A DNA stretch of 64,000 nt from Candidatus Eiseniibacteriota bacterium (GTDB lineage: Bacteria > Eisenbacteria > RBG-16-71-46): the NCBI GenBank assembly GCA_963725865.1, contig CAVSAC010000019.1, forward strand, positions 128,001 through 192,000, given 5' to 3'. This document shows positions 1 to 11,867 of this stretch, piece after piece. Below the pieces are notes generated by a model. It did no database searches, had not been told where the DNA came from, and was given only the letters and a program-made list of their open reading frames with translations. How positions within the stretch are numbered: position 1 is the stretch's first letter; each line of letters starts with the position of its first letter. Made by a program: the position numbers and the translations under genes.

Positions 1-2
1 CG

Positions 3-1418
3 GTCTTCAGCGAGCCGGATCGCGCGTCGATGCACGTGCTGCTCGCCGACGAGGCCTACCCGATCGGCCCCGGCCCCGCGCGCGAGTCGTACCTGAACAT
101 GGAGCGGATCCTGGAGACCGCGGTGCGCGTGAAGGCGGATGCCATCCATCCGGGCTACGGGTTCTTCGCCGAGAACGCCGAGTTCGCGCGCGCGTGCGCT
201 CGGGCCGGCCTCGTGTTCGTCGGCCCGCGTCCCGAGACCATCGACGCGCTCGGTGACAAGCTGCGCGCGCGCGCGGTCGCGCAGGCCGCCGGCGTGCCGC
301 TGGTGCCGGGCTCCGACGGGCCGGTCGCCTCGCTCGAGGACGCGCGGGCGGTGGCGAAGCGCATCGGCTGGCCGCTGATGCTCAAGGCCGCCGCGGGCGG
401 CGGCGGGAAGGGCATGCGCGTCGTGCGCGGCGACGCCGAGCTGGCGTCCGCGTGGTCGCTCACGCGCGGCGAGGCGGCGGCCGCGTTCGGCGACGACCGT
501 GTGTACCTCGAGCGCTTCATCGAGAAGCCCCGCCACGTCGAGGCCCAGATCCTGGCCGACGGCACCGGACGGGTGGCGTTCCTGGGCGAGCGCGAGTGCT
601 CGGTGCAACGCCGCCACCAGAAGCTGCTCGAGGAGTCGCCGAGCCCGGCGTTCACGCCGGCGATCCGCGCGCGCTTCGCCGAGGCCGCCGTGCGGATCGC
701 GAGGCAGGTCGGTTACCTCAACGCGGGGACCGTCGAGTTCCTCCTCGATCCGCAGGGCGAGTTCTACTTCCTCGAGGTCAACACCCGCCTGCAGGTCGAG
801 CACCCGGTGACCGAGATGGTGACCGGCCTCGACCTGGTGGCCGAACAGCTGGCGATCGCCGAGGGCGGCCCGCTCTCGTTCGGCGACCGCACTCCCGAGC
901 CGCGCGGCTGGTCGATCGAGGCGCGGATCGTCGCCGAGGACCCGCGCGTGAACTTCATGCCGTCGCTGGGCCGCATCGGACGCGTGCGCTTCCCGCACGG
1001 ACCCGGGGTGCGCAACGACGGCGGGTTCTACCGCGGCTCCGACATCCCGGTCTACTACGACTCGCTGCTCGCCAAGCTGGTGGTATGGGGCCAGGATCGC
1101 GAGCAGGCTCGCCGCCGCCTGCTGCGCGCCCTCACCGAGTATCGGATCGACGGCGTGCACCACAACATCGCGTTCCACCTGTGGCTCGCCTCGCACCCCG
1201 AGTTCGTGGCCGGCCGGCTCTCGACCCGGTTCCTCGAGGATCATTTCGATCCCCGGGCACTCGGCCCCGGTCCCGCCGCCGAGGAGGCCGCGCTGTTCGC
1301 GGCCGCGCTGCACGCCCGCGAGGAGCGGCTCAGCATCGCGCTGCCCGCCGAGCGCCCGGACGCGCCGCGCTCGCCCTGGCGATGGGAACGCCCGGGCGGC
1401 GGCGGAGCGCGGCGATGA
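3..1418 (+). CDS. accC: Biotin carboxylase subunit of acetyl/propionyl-CoA carboxylase (5' end outside window)
   Basis: Motifs [60 protein letters not shown]. Frame is open from base 3 ([12 protein letters not shown]). Confidence 0.93.
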   Translation, partial: VFSEPDRASMHVLLADEAYPIGPGPARESYLNMERILETAVRVKADAIHPGYGFFAENAEFARACARAGLVFVGPRPETIDALGDKLRARAVAQAAGVPLVPGSDGPVASLEDARAVAKRIGWPLMLKAAAGGGGKGMRVVRGDAELASAWSLTRGEAAAAFGDDRVYLERFIEKPRHVEAQILADGTGRVAFLGERECSVQRRHQKLLEESPSPAFTPAIRARFAEAAVRIARQVGYLNAGTVEFLLDPQGEFYFLEVNTRLQVEHPVTEMVTGLDLVAEQLAIAEGGPLSFGDRTPEPRGWSIEARIVAEDPRVNFMPSLGRIGRVRFPHGPGVRNDGGFYRGSDIPVYYDSLLAKLVVWGQDREQARRRLLRALTEYRIDGVHHNIAFHLWLASHPEFVAGRLSTRFLEDHFDPRALGPGPAAEEAALFAAALHAREERLSIALPAERPDAPRSPWRWERPGGGGARR

Positions 1419-1929
1419 AGCTCTGGGTCTCGCTGGCGGGCGGCCGCGACGCCGAGGTGGAGTTCACCACCGAGGGCAAGCGCGTGTTCCTCGAGATCGA
1501 TGGCCGGCGGATGGAGGCCGACTTCCACCGGCTGCCCGACGGCGAGGTGTACTCGCTGCTGGTGGACGGGCGCTCGCACGAGGTGCGGGTCTCGCCCACC
1601 GGGGGCGCGCTCGAGGTGACGGTGCACGGCACCCAGATGATGGTCGAGGTCCGCCACCCGCTCGAGAAGCTGCTGGCCCAGCAGCAGACCGCGGCCGGCC
1701 GCACGGAGGGCGAGACGGTGTCGGCGCCGATGCCGGGGCTGGTGGTGGCGCTGCGCGTGAAGGTCGGCGATGCCGTGGTGCCGGGCCAGGCCGTGGTGGT
1801 GGTCGAGGCGATGAAGATGCAGAACGAGTTGCTCGCGCGCACCGGCGGAGTGGTGACCGAGGTACTGGTGGCCGAGCGCCAGACCGTGAGCAGCGGCCAG
1901 CCGCTGCTGCGCATGCGGCCGGCGGGCGC

Positions 1930-1933
<4 letters not shown>
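1415..1933 (+). CDS. Biotin carboxyl carrier protein (biotin/lipoyl domain with N-terminal extension)
   Basis: ATGA overlap with accC stop; APMPGLVV and the biotinylation motif EAMKMQN. Confidence 0.92.
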
Positions 1934-3581
<1,648 letters not shown>

Positions 3582-3585
<4 letters not shown>

Positions 3586-4049
3586 AGCCGAAGCGCCCGA
3601 CGCCCAGCGGCCCGGTGACCGGCCTCTCGCACGTCGCCATCGCCACGCGCGACGCCGCGGCGCTGGCCGGCATGCTGGCCGGCGCGCTCGGGGCGGTGCG
3701 CGGCGCGGAGGAGACCCTCGACCACGGCACGCTGCGCGTGGTGTTCCTACACCTCGGCCCGGTGACGCTCGAGCTGCTCGAGCCGCTCGCGCCGGACCAC
3801 ACGGTGGCGCGCTTCCTCGACACCCGCGGCCCGGGGCTCCACCACGTGAGCCTCGAGGTCGCCGACATCGTTCAGGCGCTCGCGCAGGCGCGGGCGGCCG
3901 GGGCGAAGCTGGTGGACGAGACGCCGCGACCCGGCGCGCACGGCACCCAGGTGGCGTTCCTGCATCCCAAGAGCCTCGGCGGCATGCTCGTCGAGCTGTG
4001 CCAGGCTCCGAAGCCGGCCGCGCGAACGAGCCGCACCCCCGAGCCGTGA
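3582..4049 (+). CDS. mce: Methylmalonyl-CoA epimerase (VOC family)
   Basis: HVAIA, ELLEP, GPGLHHV, AFLHPK, ELCQ metal-ligand pattern; directly after the mutase. Confidence 0.9.
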
Positions 4050-5674
4050 TGCGACGCAGCGGCGCCTGGTTCGTCGCGCTGCTCGCGCTCGACGCGCTGC
4101 TGCGCCTGGCGGTCGTGATGCGGCCGCTCGGGCAGCTCGACGGGCTGCTGATCCCCGACGACGCCTACCTCTCACTCCACGTCGCCCGCAGCATCGCGCA
4201 GGGCCTGGGGCCGTGGTACGAGATCGGCTGGACCAACGGAGTCCAGCCGCTCTACGTGATGCTGATGGTGCCGGTGCACGCGGTGTTCCCCAACGACCCG
4301 GGCCGCGCGGCGCACGTGGCCGTGCTGCTGCTCGCCTTCTGCGACGTGCTGTCGCTGGCGGCGCTGTGGCGGCTGGTCGGACGCTGGACGCGCCGCCCCG
4401 CCGCGCGGGTGGTGGCGGCGCTCGCATGGGTGTTCAGCCCCTGGGCGCTGCAGACCTCGGTGAACGGACTCGAGACCACGCTCGCCTTCCTGACGCTGGT
4501 GCTGGTGTTCGACGCCGCGCGCTCGCTCGAGGTCGCGGGGCCCGCGGCGTGGACCCGCGGCGCCGTGGCGTGGCTGGGGGTGCTGATCGGGCTCGCCGGG
4601 CTTGCGCGCATCGACGGGCTGCTCGCGGCGCCGGCGGTGGCGTGGATGCTCGCGGCGTCCGCGCGCGCGCACGGCGTGCCGCTGCGACGGGTCGGCTCCG
4701 CGCTGGCCGGGGCGGGTGCGGTGGCCGCGCTGGTGATGCTGCCGTGGGCGGCGTATGCGTGGCTCCACACCGGCCGGGTGCTGCCCATCAGCGGGCTGGC
4801 GGTGCGCCAGCTGATGCTCGACGAGGTGGACTGGAAGCCCGGGTTCGCGAATCTCTACGGCCCGATGCTCGAGCGCATCGCGATCACGGTGGCCCGCAAG
4901 TCGGCGCTCCCGATCGCGCTGATCGGCGTGCTCGCGGCCGCGATCGCGGCGATGGGCCGGCGCGCGGGGCTGGCCGAGTTCGGGCGCCGGCTGGGCTCGC
5001 TCGCGGGCCCCTGGGGATTCGCGCTCCTGCTCGCCGCGGCGTACGCGTTCGTGATCTACGCGTCGTGGTACTTCAACCGCTACCTGTTCCCGTTCACGCT
5101 GCCGCTGCTGCTCACACTCGCGGTCGCGACCGAGGTCCTGCTCGAGTGCCTCGACGACCGCCCGCGGGCGCGCGCCGTCGCGGCGGCGCTGGCCGTCGTG
5201 CTGGTCGTGGGGGGAGCGCTGCAGCCCCCGTTCGTGAAGAGCTTCGTGTCCGCCGAGAGCGTGCGGCTCGGCTACCTGCGCCTGGGACTGTGGGCGCGCG
5301 ACCAGTTCCCGCCCGGCACCCGCATCGGAGCGCTGCAGTCGGGCGCCCTCGGCTACTTCGCGCCGCGCCTGGTGGTCGTGAACCTCGACGGCGTGGTGAA
5401 CGCCGACGCGGCCGCGGCGGTGGCGCGGCGCGACCTGCTCGGCTACGCGCGCCGCAGCGGCGTGGAGTGGATCGTCGGCTGGCGGCAGGACGAGGGCTTC
5501 TACCAGCGGCGCTCGGCCGACTACCGGCCCGGCGACCTCCAGCTCGTCCAGGAGATCCGCGGATTCACCAGCTGGAACCAGCCCTGGTTCCTGTATCGCC
5601 TGCGCCCGGCAGCGGAGCGCGATTCGACCTCGCCCGCGCCCGCCGGCGCGCACCCCGCGGCTCCCGGCCGCTGA
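4049..5674 (+). CDS. Polytopic membrane protein, probable GT-C fold glycosyltransferase
   Basis: DDAY after the first TM helix, NGLET, RIDG, RYLFP, many hydrophobic segments, C-terminal soluble domain with SGALGYF and NLDGVVN. TGATG overlap with mce. Confidence 0.65.
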   Translation: MRRSGAWFVALLALDALLRLAVVMRPLGQLDGLLIPDDAYLSLHVARSIAQGLGPWYEIGWTNGVQPLYVMLMVPVHAVFPNDPGRAAHVAVLLLAFCDVLSLAALWRLVGRWTRRPAARVVAALAWVFSPWALQTSVNGLETTLAFLTLVLVFDAARSLEVAGPAAWTRGAVAWLGVLIGLAGLARIDGLLAAPAVAWMLAASARAHGVPLRRVGSALAGAGAVAALVMLPWAAYAWLHTGRVLPISGLAVRQLMLDEVDWKPGFANLYGPMLERIAITVARKSALPIALIGVLAAAIAAMGRRAGLAEFGRRLGSLAGPWGFALLLAAAYAFVIYASWYFNRYLFPFTLPLLLTLAVATEVLLECLDDRPRARAVAAALAVVLVVGGALQPPFVKSFVSAESVRLGYLRLGLWARDQFPPGTRIGALQSGALGYFAPRLVVVNLDGVVNADAAAAVARRDLLGYARRSGVEWIVGWRQDEGFYQRRSADYRPGDLQLVQEIRGFTSWNQPWFLYRLRPAAERDSTSPAPAGAHPAAPGR

Positions 5675-5709
5675 GCGCGGCACCGCGGGCGCAGGAGCGG
5701 CGCGCGGAC

Positions 5710-6321
5710 TCAGACGTGCGGACGGCGCGCCAGGATCTGCACGGTCGAGGCGCGGCCGGTGTGGTAGCGCCCCTCGATCACGTCGCGCTCGATCTCGTGC
5801 GCGACGTCGAACTCCAGCCCGGCCAGCTCGTCGACCAGCGTGGCCACCGGCGCCAGGCGCTCGGGATCCTCGGGTCCGCCGGTGCGGAACTCGAGCTGGC
5901 GCGGACCGTATGCCTCGAACACGAACACCCCGCCCGGCGCGAGCCCCGCGACCGCGCGGCGATGCACGTCGCGCCGCAGCGCTGGCGCCAGGTGCACGAA
6001 CACCGAGACGATGCCCGACCACGCGCCCGGCGCGATGGCGAAGTCGGCGAGATCGGCGACCACGGTGGTGATGCCGACGCCGCGCGCGCGCGCGAGCGCC
6101 GCGGCCCTCGCCAACCCGACCGGCGACTGGTCCATCGCGGTCACTGCATGCCCCTGCTGCGCCAGGAACACGGCATTGCGTCCCTGGCCTTCCGCCAGGC
6201 ACAGCACCGGGCCCGCCGGGATGCGCGCGGCGCTCGCGCGGACGAAGTCGTTGGGCTGATCGCCGTACGCGTAGCCCTCCTCGGCGAAACGCTGGTCCCA
6301 GAATCCCTCGGGCCGCTGCAT
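5710..6321 (-). CDS. Class I SAM-dependent methyltransferase (TehB-like)
   Basis: FWDQRF..YAYG..PNDF, VLCLAEGQGRNAVFLA, LAPGGVFVFE. Confidence 0.85.
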   Translation of the reverse strand: MQRPEGFWDQRFAEEGYAYGDQPNDFVRASAARIPAGPVLCLAEGQGRNAVFLAQQGHAVTAMDQSPVGLARAAALARARGVGITTVVADLADFAIAPGAWSGIVSVFVHLAPALRRDVHRRAVAGLAPGGVFVFEAYGPRQLEFRTGGPEDPERLAPVATLVDELAGLEFDVAHEIERDVIEGRYHTGRASTVQILARRPHV

Positions 6322-6392
6322 GGCGATGTCTCCGCGTGCGCGTCGATGCGCCGCGCGTGCATCGCGGCGCGAATCGCGTCATCCTGACGCCC

Positions 6393-6935
6393 ATGCTCAC
6401 CCGACCGCAACCGCGCGTGGTCCGCAACACGCGCGCGTCGCTCGACCGCGACACCTGCGGACAGGCGGCGGTCGCCACCGTGCTCGCCACACTCGGCGTT
6501 GGCCCGTTCGCGGGCGATCCTCCGCTTGGCGACGCGGAGGCGATCGACCTGGTGCGTGCGGCGTACCCACCCGACCTGCCGTTCGGACTCGGCACCAGCG
6601 CCGGGCGCATCGCCGCGGCGCTGCGCGGTCACGGCGTGCCGGCGCGGGTGATCCACGCGGGGATGTTCGGAATCGGGGCCGCGGCGGCGTGGGACCAGGT
6701 CCGCGCCCGGGTCCAGGACGGCGTGCCTGTACCGGTGTGCGTCGACGACGGGCGGATCGGCGGCATCCCGTGGGGCGCTCACTGGGCGATCGTGATCGGC
6801 GCCACCGCCGAGCGCGTGCGGCTCGGCAATGCGGCGCCCCACGGCGAGCTGCCGCTCGCGCGATTCGTCGCCGCCTGGCGCTGCCGTCAACTGCCGTGGC
6901 CCTACGACTGCTGCGCGGTGCTCGCCGGGCGCTGA
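6393..6935 (+). CDS. Putative C39-like (papain-fold) cysteine peptidase
   Basis: TCGQAAVATVL (Cys at helix start), GTS, PVPVCV, AHWAIVIG (His), LGN, F..AW. ATG 6393 follows a -10-like CATCCT. Confidence 0.55.
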   Translation: MLTRPQPRVVRNTRASLDRDTCGQAAVATVLATLGVGPFAGDPPLGDAEAIDLVRAAYPPDLPFGLGTSAGRIAAALRGHGVPARVIHAGMFGIGAAAAWDQVRARVQDGVPVPVCVDDGRIGGIPWGAHWAIVIGATAERVRLGNAAPHGELPLARFVAAWRCRQLPWPYDCCAVLAGR

Positions 6936-7159
6936 GCGGCTGCGTTCCACGGCGTGTCGCGCGGCCGCCCGCCCCGGCAATCCGGTGCCGCGCATCGGAC
7001 TGGCGTGCAGGTGCCGACGGCGGCCTCGGCGGCGTCCCGCGCGAGGGCGATTCCGCGTGCCCTGCCCCCACCGGAGTGCTAGCCTGCGTTCTCGGCCGCA
7101 GTCTCGCGATCCACCCTCGGGATCGTGCCCTCGTGACACCCCTGACCGTCGGAGACCCC

Positions 7160-7804
7160 ATGCGCACCGCCACCCTGCTTCGTTCCATCCTCGTCCCGGT
7201 CGCCATCGCGACGGTAGCCGGCCTCGCTCAGGCCGCGTCGACCACCATCGTCATCAGCGAGTTCCGCACCCGCGGCGCGGCCGGCGCGAACGACGAGATC
7301 GTCGAGCTGTGGAACCGCTCCGCTTCCGTCCAGAGCATCGCCGGATGGAAGCTCAATGGCTCGAACACCGCCGGCACCACCAGCACGCGCGCGACCGTGC
7401 CGGCCGGCGTCACGCTCGGACCCGGCTGCTACTACCTGCTGGTGAACGGCGCGGCGACGGCCAGCATCGTCGCGCTCGCCGACCAGACCTTCGCCGTCGG
7501 CATCACGGATGACGGCGGTATCGCGATCCTCGATCCGACGAACGCGATCATCGACCAGGCCGGCATGAGCGCCACCTCGGCCTACAAGGAAGGCACCGTC
7601 CTGGCGCCGCTCACCACGAACGTCGACCAGAGCTACGAGCGCAAGCCCGGCGGCACGTCGGGCCACGTGATCGACACGGACGACAACGCGAACGACTTCC
7701 AGTTGATCACGCCCGCGACGCCGCAGAACCGCACGGCCACCTGTCTGGTGGCGACCGCGACCCACGAGCCGACCTGGGGTCGCGTGAAGATGCTGTACCG
7801 CTAG
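7160..7804 (+). CDS. Secreted lamin-tail-domain protein ending in TWGRVKMLYR
   Basis: GGAG before ATG; signal peptide ending AQA; IVISEFR..NDEIVELWN..IAGWKL; QSYERK; DTDDNANDF..TPQN. Confidence 0.8.
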   Translation: MRTATLLRSILVPVAIATVAGLAQAASTTIVISEFRTRGAAGANDEIVELWNRSASVQSIAGWKLNGSNTAGTTSTRATVPAGVTLGPGCYYLLVNGAATASIVALADQTFAVGITDDGGIAILDPTNAIIDQAGMSATSAYKEGTVLAPLTTNVDQSYERKPGGTSGHVIDTDDNANDFQLITPATPQNRTATCLVATATHEPTWGRVKMLYR

Positions 7805-7824
7805 CCGCGACGATCGCCGCGGAA

Positions 7825-7864
7825 ACGAACGGGGCCGGTCCCGCACGGGACCGGCCCCTCGTCG
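7825..7864. terminator. Strong hairpin between convergent genes, probably bidirectional terminator
   Basis: Perfect 12-bp inverted repeat GGGGCCGGTCCC (7831-7842) / GGGACCGGCCCC (7847-7858) with 4-nt loop, extendable by ACGA/TCGT. Confidence 0.75.
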
Positions 7865-7877
7865 TGCGCGGCGGCGC

Positions 7878-8999
7878 TCAGGCGCGGCGGAACGCGGTGC
7901 CCGCGCCGTAGGACTCGAACAGCTTGCCCCAGTTGGTCCGCAGGATCTGCTTCACGCGCGGCTTGCCGTTCACCGGGTACCAGAACCCGTCGTGGTACGC
8001 GCGCGAGGCGAGATAGCTCCACGGCACGATCGGCGAGCGCAGCAGCAGATTCTCGAGCGGCTTGAGCGGTCCCCAGTAGATGAGCTTCTGGCCACGCGAG
8101 GCGAGCGTGTTCTCGTTGAGCGAGCCGCGGAAGCCGAAGTTCACGTGGCGGATGTCCTCGCCGACGATCTCGATCTCGCTCGGATTGCCGACGCCGAGCC
8201 CCTGTTCGTGCGCGAGCCGGATGAACTTGAGGTCCTGCATCGGATCGAAGCCCATCATCTTCGCGGCGATCGCGTCGATCGCGACGCAGTCGCTGGAGGC
8301 GAGGATGTAGTTCTTCACGTGCGGGCGCATGCAGCGCGGCCCGGGGCCGTCGCCGACCACGGTGCCGTCCATCACCGCGAAGATGCCGGGATGGATTTCC
8401 TTCTGGATCCGCAGCAGGTCGACGAGCGTCTCGTGGATGACCGAGTGGGTCCAGTGGCGGTTCAGGTTGAGCAGCCCGCCGAACGCGTTCTTCATCGCGC
8501 CCGTCGTGCCGGTGAAGATGTGCGTCTTTACCGTCGGCATGTGGATCACGTTGCGGCCGATCAGCGATTTCGGGATCTGGATGCCCTGCTTCTCGTACAC
8601 GCGGTCCAGAACCAGCATCTTGCCCTTGGGCTGATAGCGGACCCACTCCGTGGGTGGCTCGCTCAGGTACTGGATCGGGACGTTGTACCGATCGAGCACC
8701 GGCGCGAGGTGGTTGTTCACGGTGCCTTCGCGGCACGACACCACGACGGTGTCGTTCTGGGCCGCGATCAGGTCCCGCGCGACGTCGTAGTTGTCGCGCT
8801 TCAGCTTCTCGATGACGCCGTGCATCTGCCACGGCGTGGTCGAGCACGCCGGCATGTAGACGTGCCACGAGATGTTGATGCGCAGGCAGGTCTGCTTGTC
8901 GAACGGCAGCGCCTCGCGGTAGCCCGCCATGTCCATCAGGCGGCCGTAGTCCTCGACGACGGTCTCGGGCGAAGTGCGCAGGACGGCGACTTTCGACAT
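7878..8999 (-). CDS. DUF362 family protein (putative Fe-S protein)
   Basis: NISWH..PACSTTPWQ, MPTVKTH..TTGAMKNAFGG, VMDGT..GDGPGP, VAIDA; GGAG RBS. Confidence 0.8.
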   Translation of the reverse strand: MSKVAVLRTSPETVVEDYGRLMDMAGYREALPFDKQTCLRINISWHVYMPACSTTPWQMHGVIEKLKRDNYDVARDLIAAQNDTVVVSCREGTVNNHLAPVLDRYNVPIQYLSEPPTEWVRYQPKGKMLVLDRVYEKQGIQIPKSLIGRNVIHMPTVKTHIFTGTTGAMKNAFGGLLNLNRHWTHSVIHETLVDLLRIQKEIHPGIFAVMDGTVVGDGPGPRCMRPHVKNYILASSDCVAIDAIAAKMMGFDPMQDLKFIRLAHEQGLGVGNPSEIEIVGEDIRHVNFGFRGSLNENTLASRGQKLIYWGPLKPLENLLLRSPIVPWSYLASRAYHDGFWYPVNGKPRVKQILRTNWGKLFESYGAGTAFRRA

Positions 9000-9078
9000 C
9001 GGAGGCTCCTGGCGGAGGAGGTCCCTGGGGCTGCTTCGCGACCTCGCGAGAATAGCAGGGATCGGCCTCCGCTGCGGT

Positions 9079-10230
9079 TCAGACCTTCGCGCCGTCCTTG
9101 AGCAGGCTACGCGCGATCACGAGCCGCTGGATCTCGGAGGCGCCCTCGTAGATCTCCATCACGCGCGCGTCGCGGTAGTAGCGCTCGACCGCGTACTCCT
9201 TCACGTAGCCGTAGCCGCCGTGCACCTGGATCGCCTGGTGCGTGACCCAGGTCGCGGCCTCGCTGGCGTAGAGCTTGGCCATCGCCGCCTCGCGCGTGTA
9301 CGGCCGCTCGCTGTCGCGCAGCCACGCCGCGCGCTGGATCAGCAGCCGCGACGCCTGGATGCGGCGCTCCATCTCGGCGAGCTTGAACTGCACCGCCTGC
9401 AGCTTCGCGAGCGGCGCGCCGAACGCGGTCCGCTGCTGGGCGTAGCGCACCGCATCGTCGAACGCCGCCCGCATCACGCCGAGCGCCTGCGCGCCCACCC
9501 CGATGCGGCCGGCGTCGAGCATGCTCATCGCGATCTTGAATCCGTCGCCCTCCGCCCCCAGCCGCTGTCCGGCCGGCACCCGCAGGTCCTCGAGCGAGAT
9601 CGCCACGGTGTCCGAGCCGCGCAGCCCCATCTTGTCCTCGGGCTTGCCGATCACCAGCCCCGGCGTGCCGCGCTCGACGATGAACACCGAGATGCCGCGG
9701 TTGCCGGCGGCACGATCGGTCTTCGCGAACACCAGGATGACCCCGGCGCGGAGCCCGTTCGTGACCCAGTTCTTGCTGCCGTGGAGCACGTACTGGTCAC
9801 CCTCGCGCACCGCGGAGGCCTCGAGTGCCCCGGCGTCCGAGCCCGCGCCCGGCTCCGAGAGCGAGAACGCCCCCAGCTCGCGGCTGACGAGGCGCGGCAG
9901 GTACCGCTTGCGCTGCTCGTCGGTGCCGAACCGGAACACCGGCATCGCGCCGACCGAGTTGTGGACCGCGATCATGATCGCGAGCGCGGCCGAGACGTAC
10001 GCGATCTCCTCGACCACCATCGTGATCGTGCGCGCGTCGTAGCCCAGTCCGCCCCACGACTCCGGGATCGCCATGCCGAGGAAGCCGGCCTCGGCGAGCC
10101 GCAGCACCGCGTCGTGCGGCACGGCGGTGTCGCGGTCCCAGCTCGCCGCGTGCGGAGCGAACTCCTTGCGGCACAGGTCGCGCACCGCGTCGCGGATCTG
10201 GATCTGGTCGGCGGTGAGGTCGAGGTTCAT
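9079..10230 (-). CDS. Acyl-CoA dehydrogenase (short/branched-chain type)
   Basis: [45 protein letters not shown]. Confidence 0.93.
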   Translation of the reverse strand: MNLDLTADQIQIRDAVRDLCRKEFAPHAASWDRDTAVPHDAVLRLAEAGFLGMAIPESWGGLGYDARTITMVVEEIAYVSAALAIMIAVHNSVGAMPVFRFGTDEQRKRYLPRLVSRELGAFSLSEPGAGSDAGALEASAVREGDQYVLHGSKNWVTNGLRAGVILVFAKTDRAAGNRGISVFIVERGTPGLVIGKPEDKMGLRGSDTVAISLEDLRVPAGQRLGAEGDGFKIAMSMLDAGRIGVGAQALGVMRAAFDDAVRYAQQRTAFGAPLAKLQAVQFKLAEMERRIQASRLLIQRAAWLRDSERPYTREAAMAKLYASEAATWVTHQAIQVHGGYGYVKEYAVERYYRDARVMEIYEGASEIQRLVIARSLLKDGAKV

Positions 10231-10237
10231 GCGGGGC

Positions 10238-10621
10238 TCAGGCGCTGACCTGCGCGGCATCCTCGCGGAACCGCAGCAGGCAGATCAGCCCGACGATGCC
10301 CATGATGCTGGGGCCGACCGGGCACAGCACCGTGAGCGCCGCCGCCAGGAGCGTGACCGGGTACGCCCGCGCGTCGCCGGCCCACAGGCCCGACACCCCT
10401 GCCAACCACAGGAGGCCGATCAGGGTCTTCGCCGCCAGCACCGGCACGAGCGGCACGTGGAGCCGCGTCGCCCACTCGATCCACGGACCGACCTGGCCCA
10501 TCAGCGTGAACTGCTCGCCGGTCACGAACGGATAGAGGCCCTGGAAGAGCAGCGTCAGGCCGGGGTAGATCGCGCACACGGTGAGGATCACGAGTGCGCC
10601 GGGGCGGATGGGTCGGGTCAT
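10238..10621 (-). CDS. Small membrane protein of unknown function (127 aa)
   Basis: Three to four hydrophobic segments; fills the gap between two dehydrogenase genes; GGAG upstream. Confidence 0.65.
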   Translation of the reverse strand: MTRPIRPGALVILTVCAIYPGLTLLFQGLYPFVTGEQFTLMGQVGPWIEWATRLHVPLVPVLAAKTLIGLLWLAGVSGLWAGDARAYPVTLLAAALTVLCPVGPSIMGIVGLICLLRFREDAAQVSA

Positions 10622-10673
10622 GCGTGGGCTCTCCTTCGTGGGTCCGGCCGCGTCGGGTGGCGGGCCGACCGGG

Positions 10674-11867
10674 TCAGGCCGCGTATTCGCGCACCGCTTC
10701 CTTCAGCACCTGGGCGGCGACCACCATCTTCTGCACCTCGGTCGTGCCCTCGTAGATCTCGCAGATCTTCGCGTCGCGCAGGTAGCGCTCGACGTGGAAC
10801 TCGGACAGGTAGCCGTAGCCGCCGTGCACCTGCACCGCCCAGTTGGCGCAACGCGTCGCCGCCTCGGAGGCGTGCCACTTGGCGAGCGAGGCCTCCTTGG
10901 TGTGCGAGCGGTCGCGGTCGCGCAGCCACGCGCTCTGGTACACCAGCAGCCGCGCGGTCTCGACCTCGACCGCGGAGTCCGCGAGCATCGCGCGGATGGC
11001 GTCGAACTCGCCGATCTTGCGGTCGAACTGGACGCGCTCGCCGGCGTACTTCACCGCCGCCTCCAGCGACGCCTGGGCGATCCCGAGCGCCTGCGCGGCG
11101 ATTCCGATGCGGCCGCCGCCGAGGGTGGCGAGCGCCACGGTATAGCCCTTGTTGAACTCGCCGAGCAGGTTCTCCTTCGGCACCCGCGCGTTCACCAGGG
11201 CGATCTCGCGCGTGTCGGAGGCGTGGATGCCGAGCTTGCGCTCCTTCTTGCCCTTGTTCACGCCCGGCGTGCCGGCGTCGATGATGAATGCCGAGATGCC
11301 CTTGGGGCCCAGCGTGCGGTCGGTCGAGGCGTAGGTGATGAGCACGTCGGCCGGGCCCGCGTTCGTGATGAACACCTTGGTGCCGTTCAGCACGTAGTGA
11401 TCGCCGTCCAGGACGGCGGTGGTCTCCTGGTTCGCCGCGTTGCTGCCCGCGTTCGGCTCGGTCAGCAGGTAGGCGCCCAGCAGCTCGCCCTTCGCGAGCG
11501 GCACGAGGTACTTCTGCTTCTGGGCCTCGTTGCCGTACGTCATCAGCGGGTAGCACACCAGCGAGTTGTTCACCGATGCGATCACGCCGTGGCTCGCGCA
11601 CGCGCGCGACAGCTCCTCGATGGCGATCACGTACGAGAGGTAGTCCATCCCCGCCCCGCCATAGGCCTCGGGCACGAACATGCCCAGCAGGCCCAGCTCG
11701 GCCATCTTCTTCACGTTCTCGGTCGGGAACTCGTGCGACTCGTCGATCCGCTCCGCGATCGGGCGGATCTCGGTCTCGGCGAAATCACGCACCATCTCCC
11801 GCACCGCGAGCTGGTCCTCGGAGAGATCGAACGACAGCCCGTCGCTGGCGGCCACGTCGGGGGTCAT
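10674..11867 (-). CDS. Acyl-CoA dehydrogenase (butyryl-CoA dehydrogenase-like)
   Basis: [54 protein letters not shown] overlap with hbd. Confidence 0.93.
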   Translation of the reverse strand: MTPDVAASDGLSFDLSEDQLAVREMVRDFAETEIRPIAERIDESHEFPTENVKKMAELGLLGMFVPEAYGGAGMDYLSYVIAIEELSRACASHGVIASVNNSLVCYPLMTYGNEAQKQKYLVPLAKGELLGAYLLTEPNAGSNAANQETTAVLDGDHYVLNGTKVFITNAGPADVLITYASTDRTLGPKGISAFIIDAGTPGVNKGKKERKLGIHASDTREIALVNARVPKENLLGEFNKGYTVALATLGGGRIGIAAQALGIAQASLEAAVKYAGERVQFDRKIGEFDAIRAMLADSAVEVETARLLVYQSAWLRDRDRSHTKEASLAKWHASEAATRCANWAVQVHGGYGYLSEFHVERYLRDAKICEIYEGTTEVQKMVVAAQVLKEAVREYAA

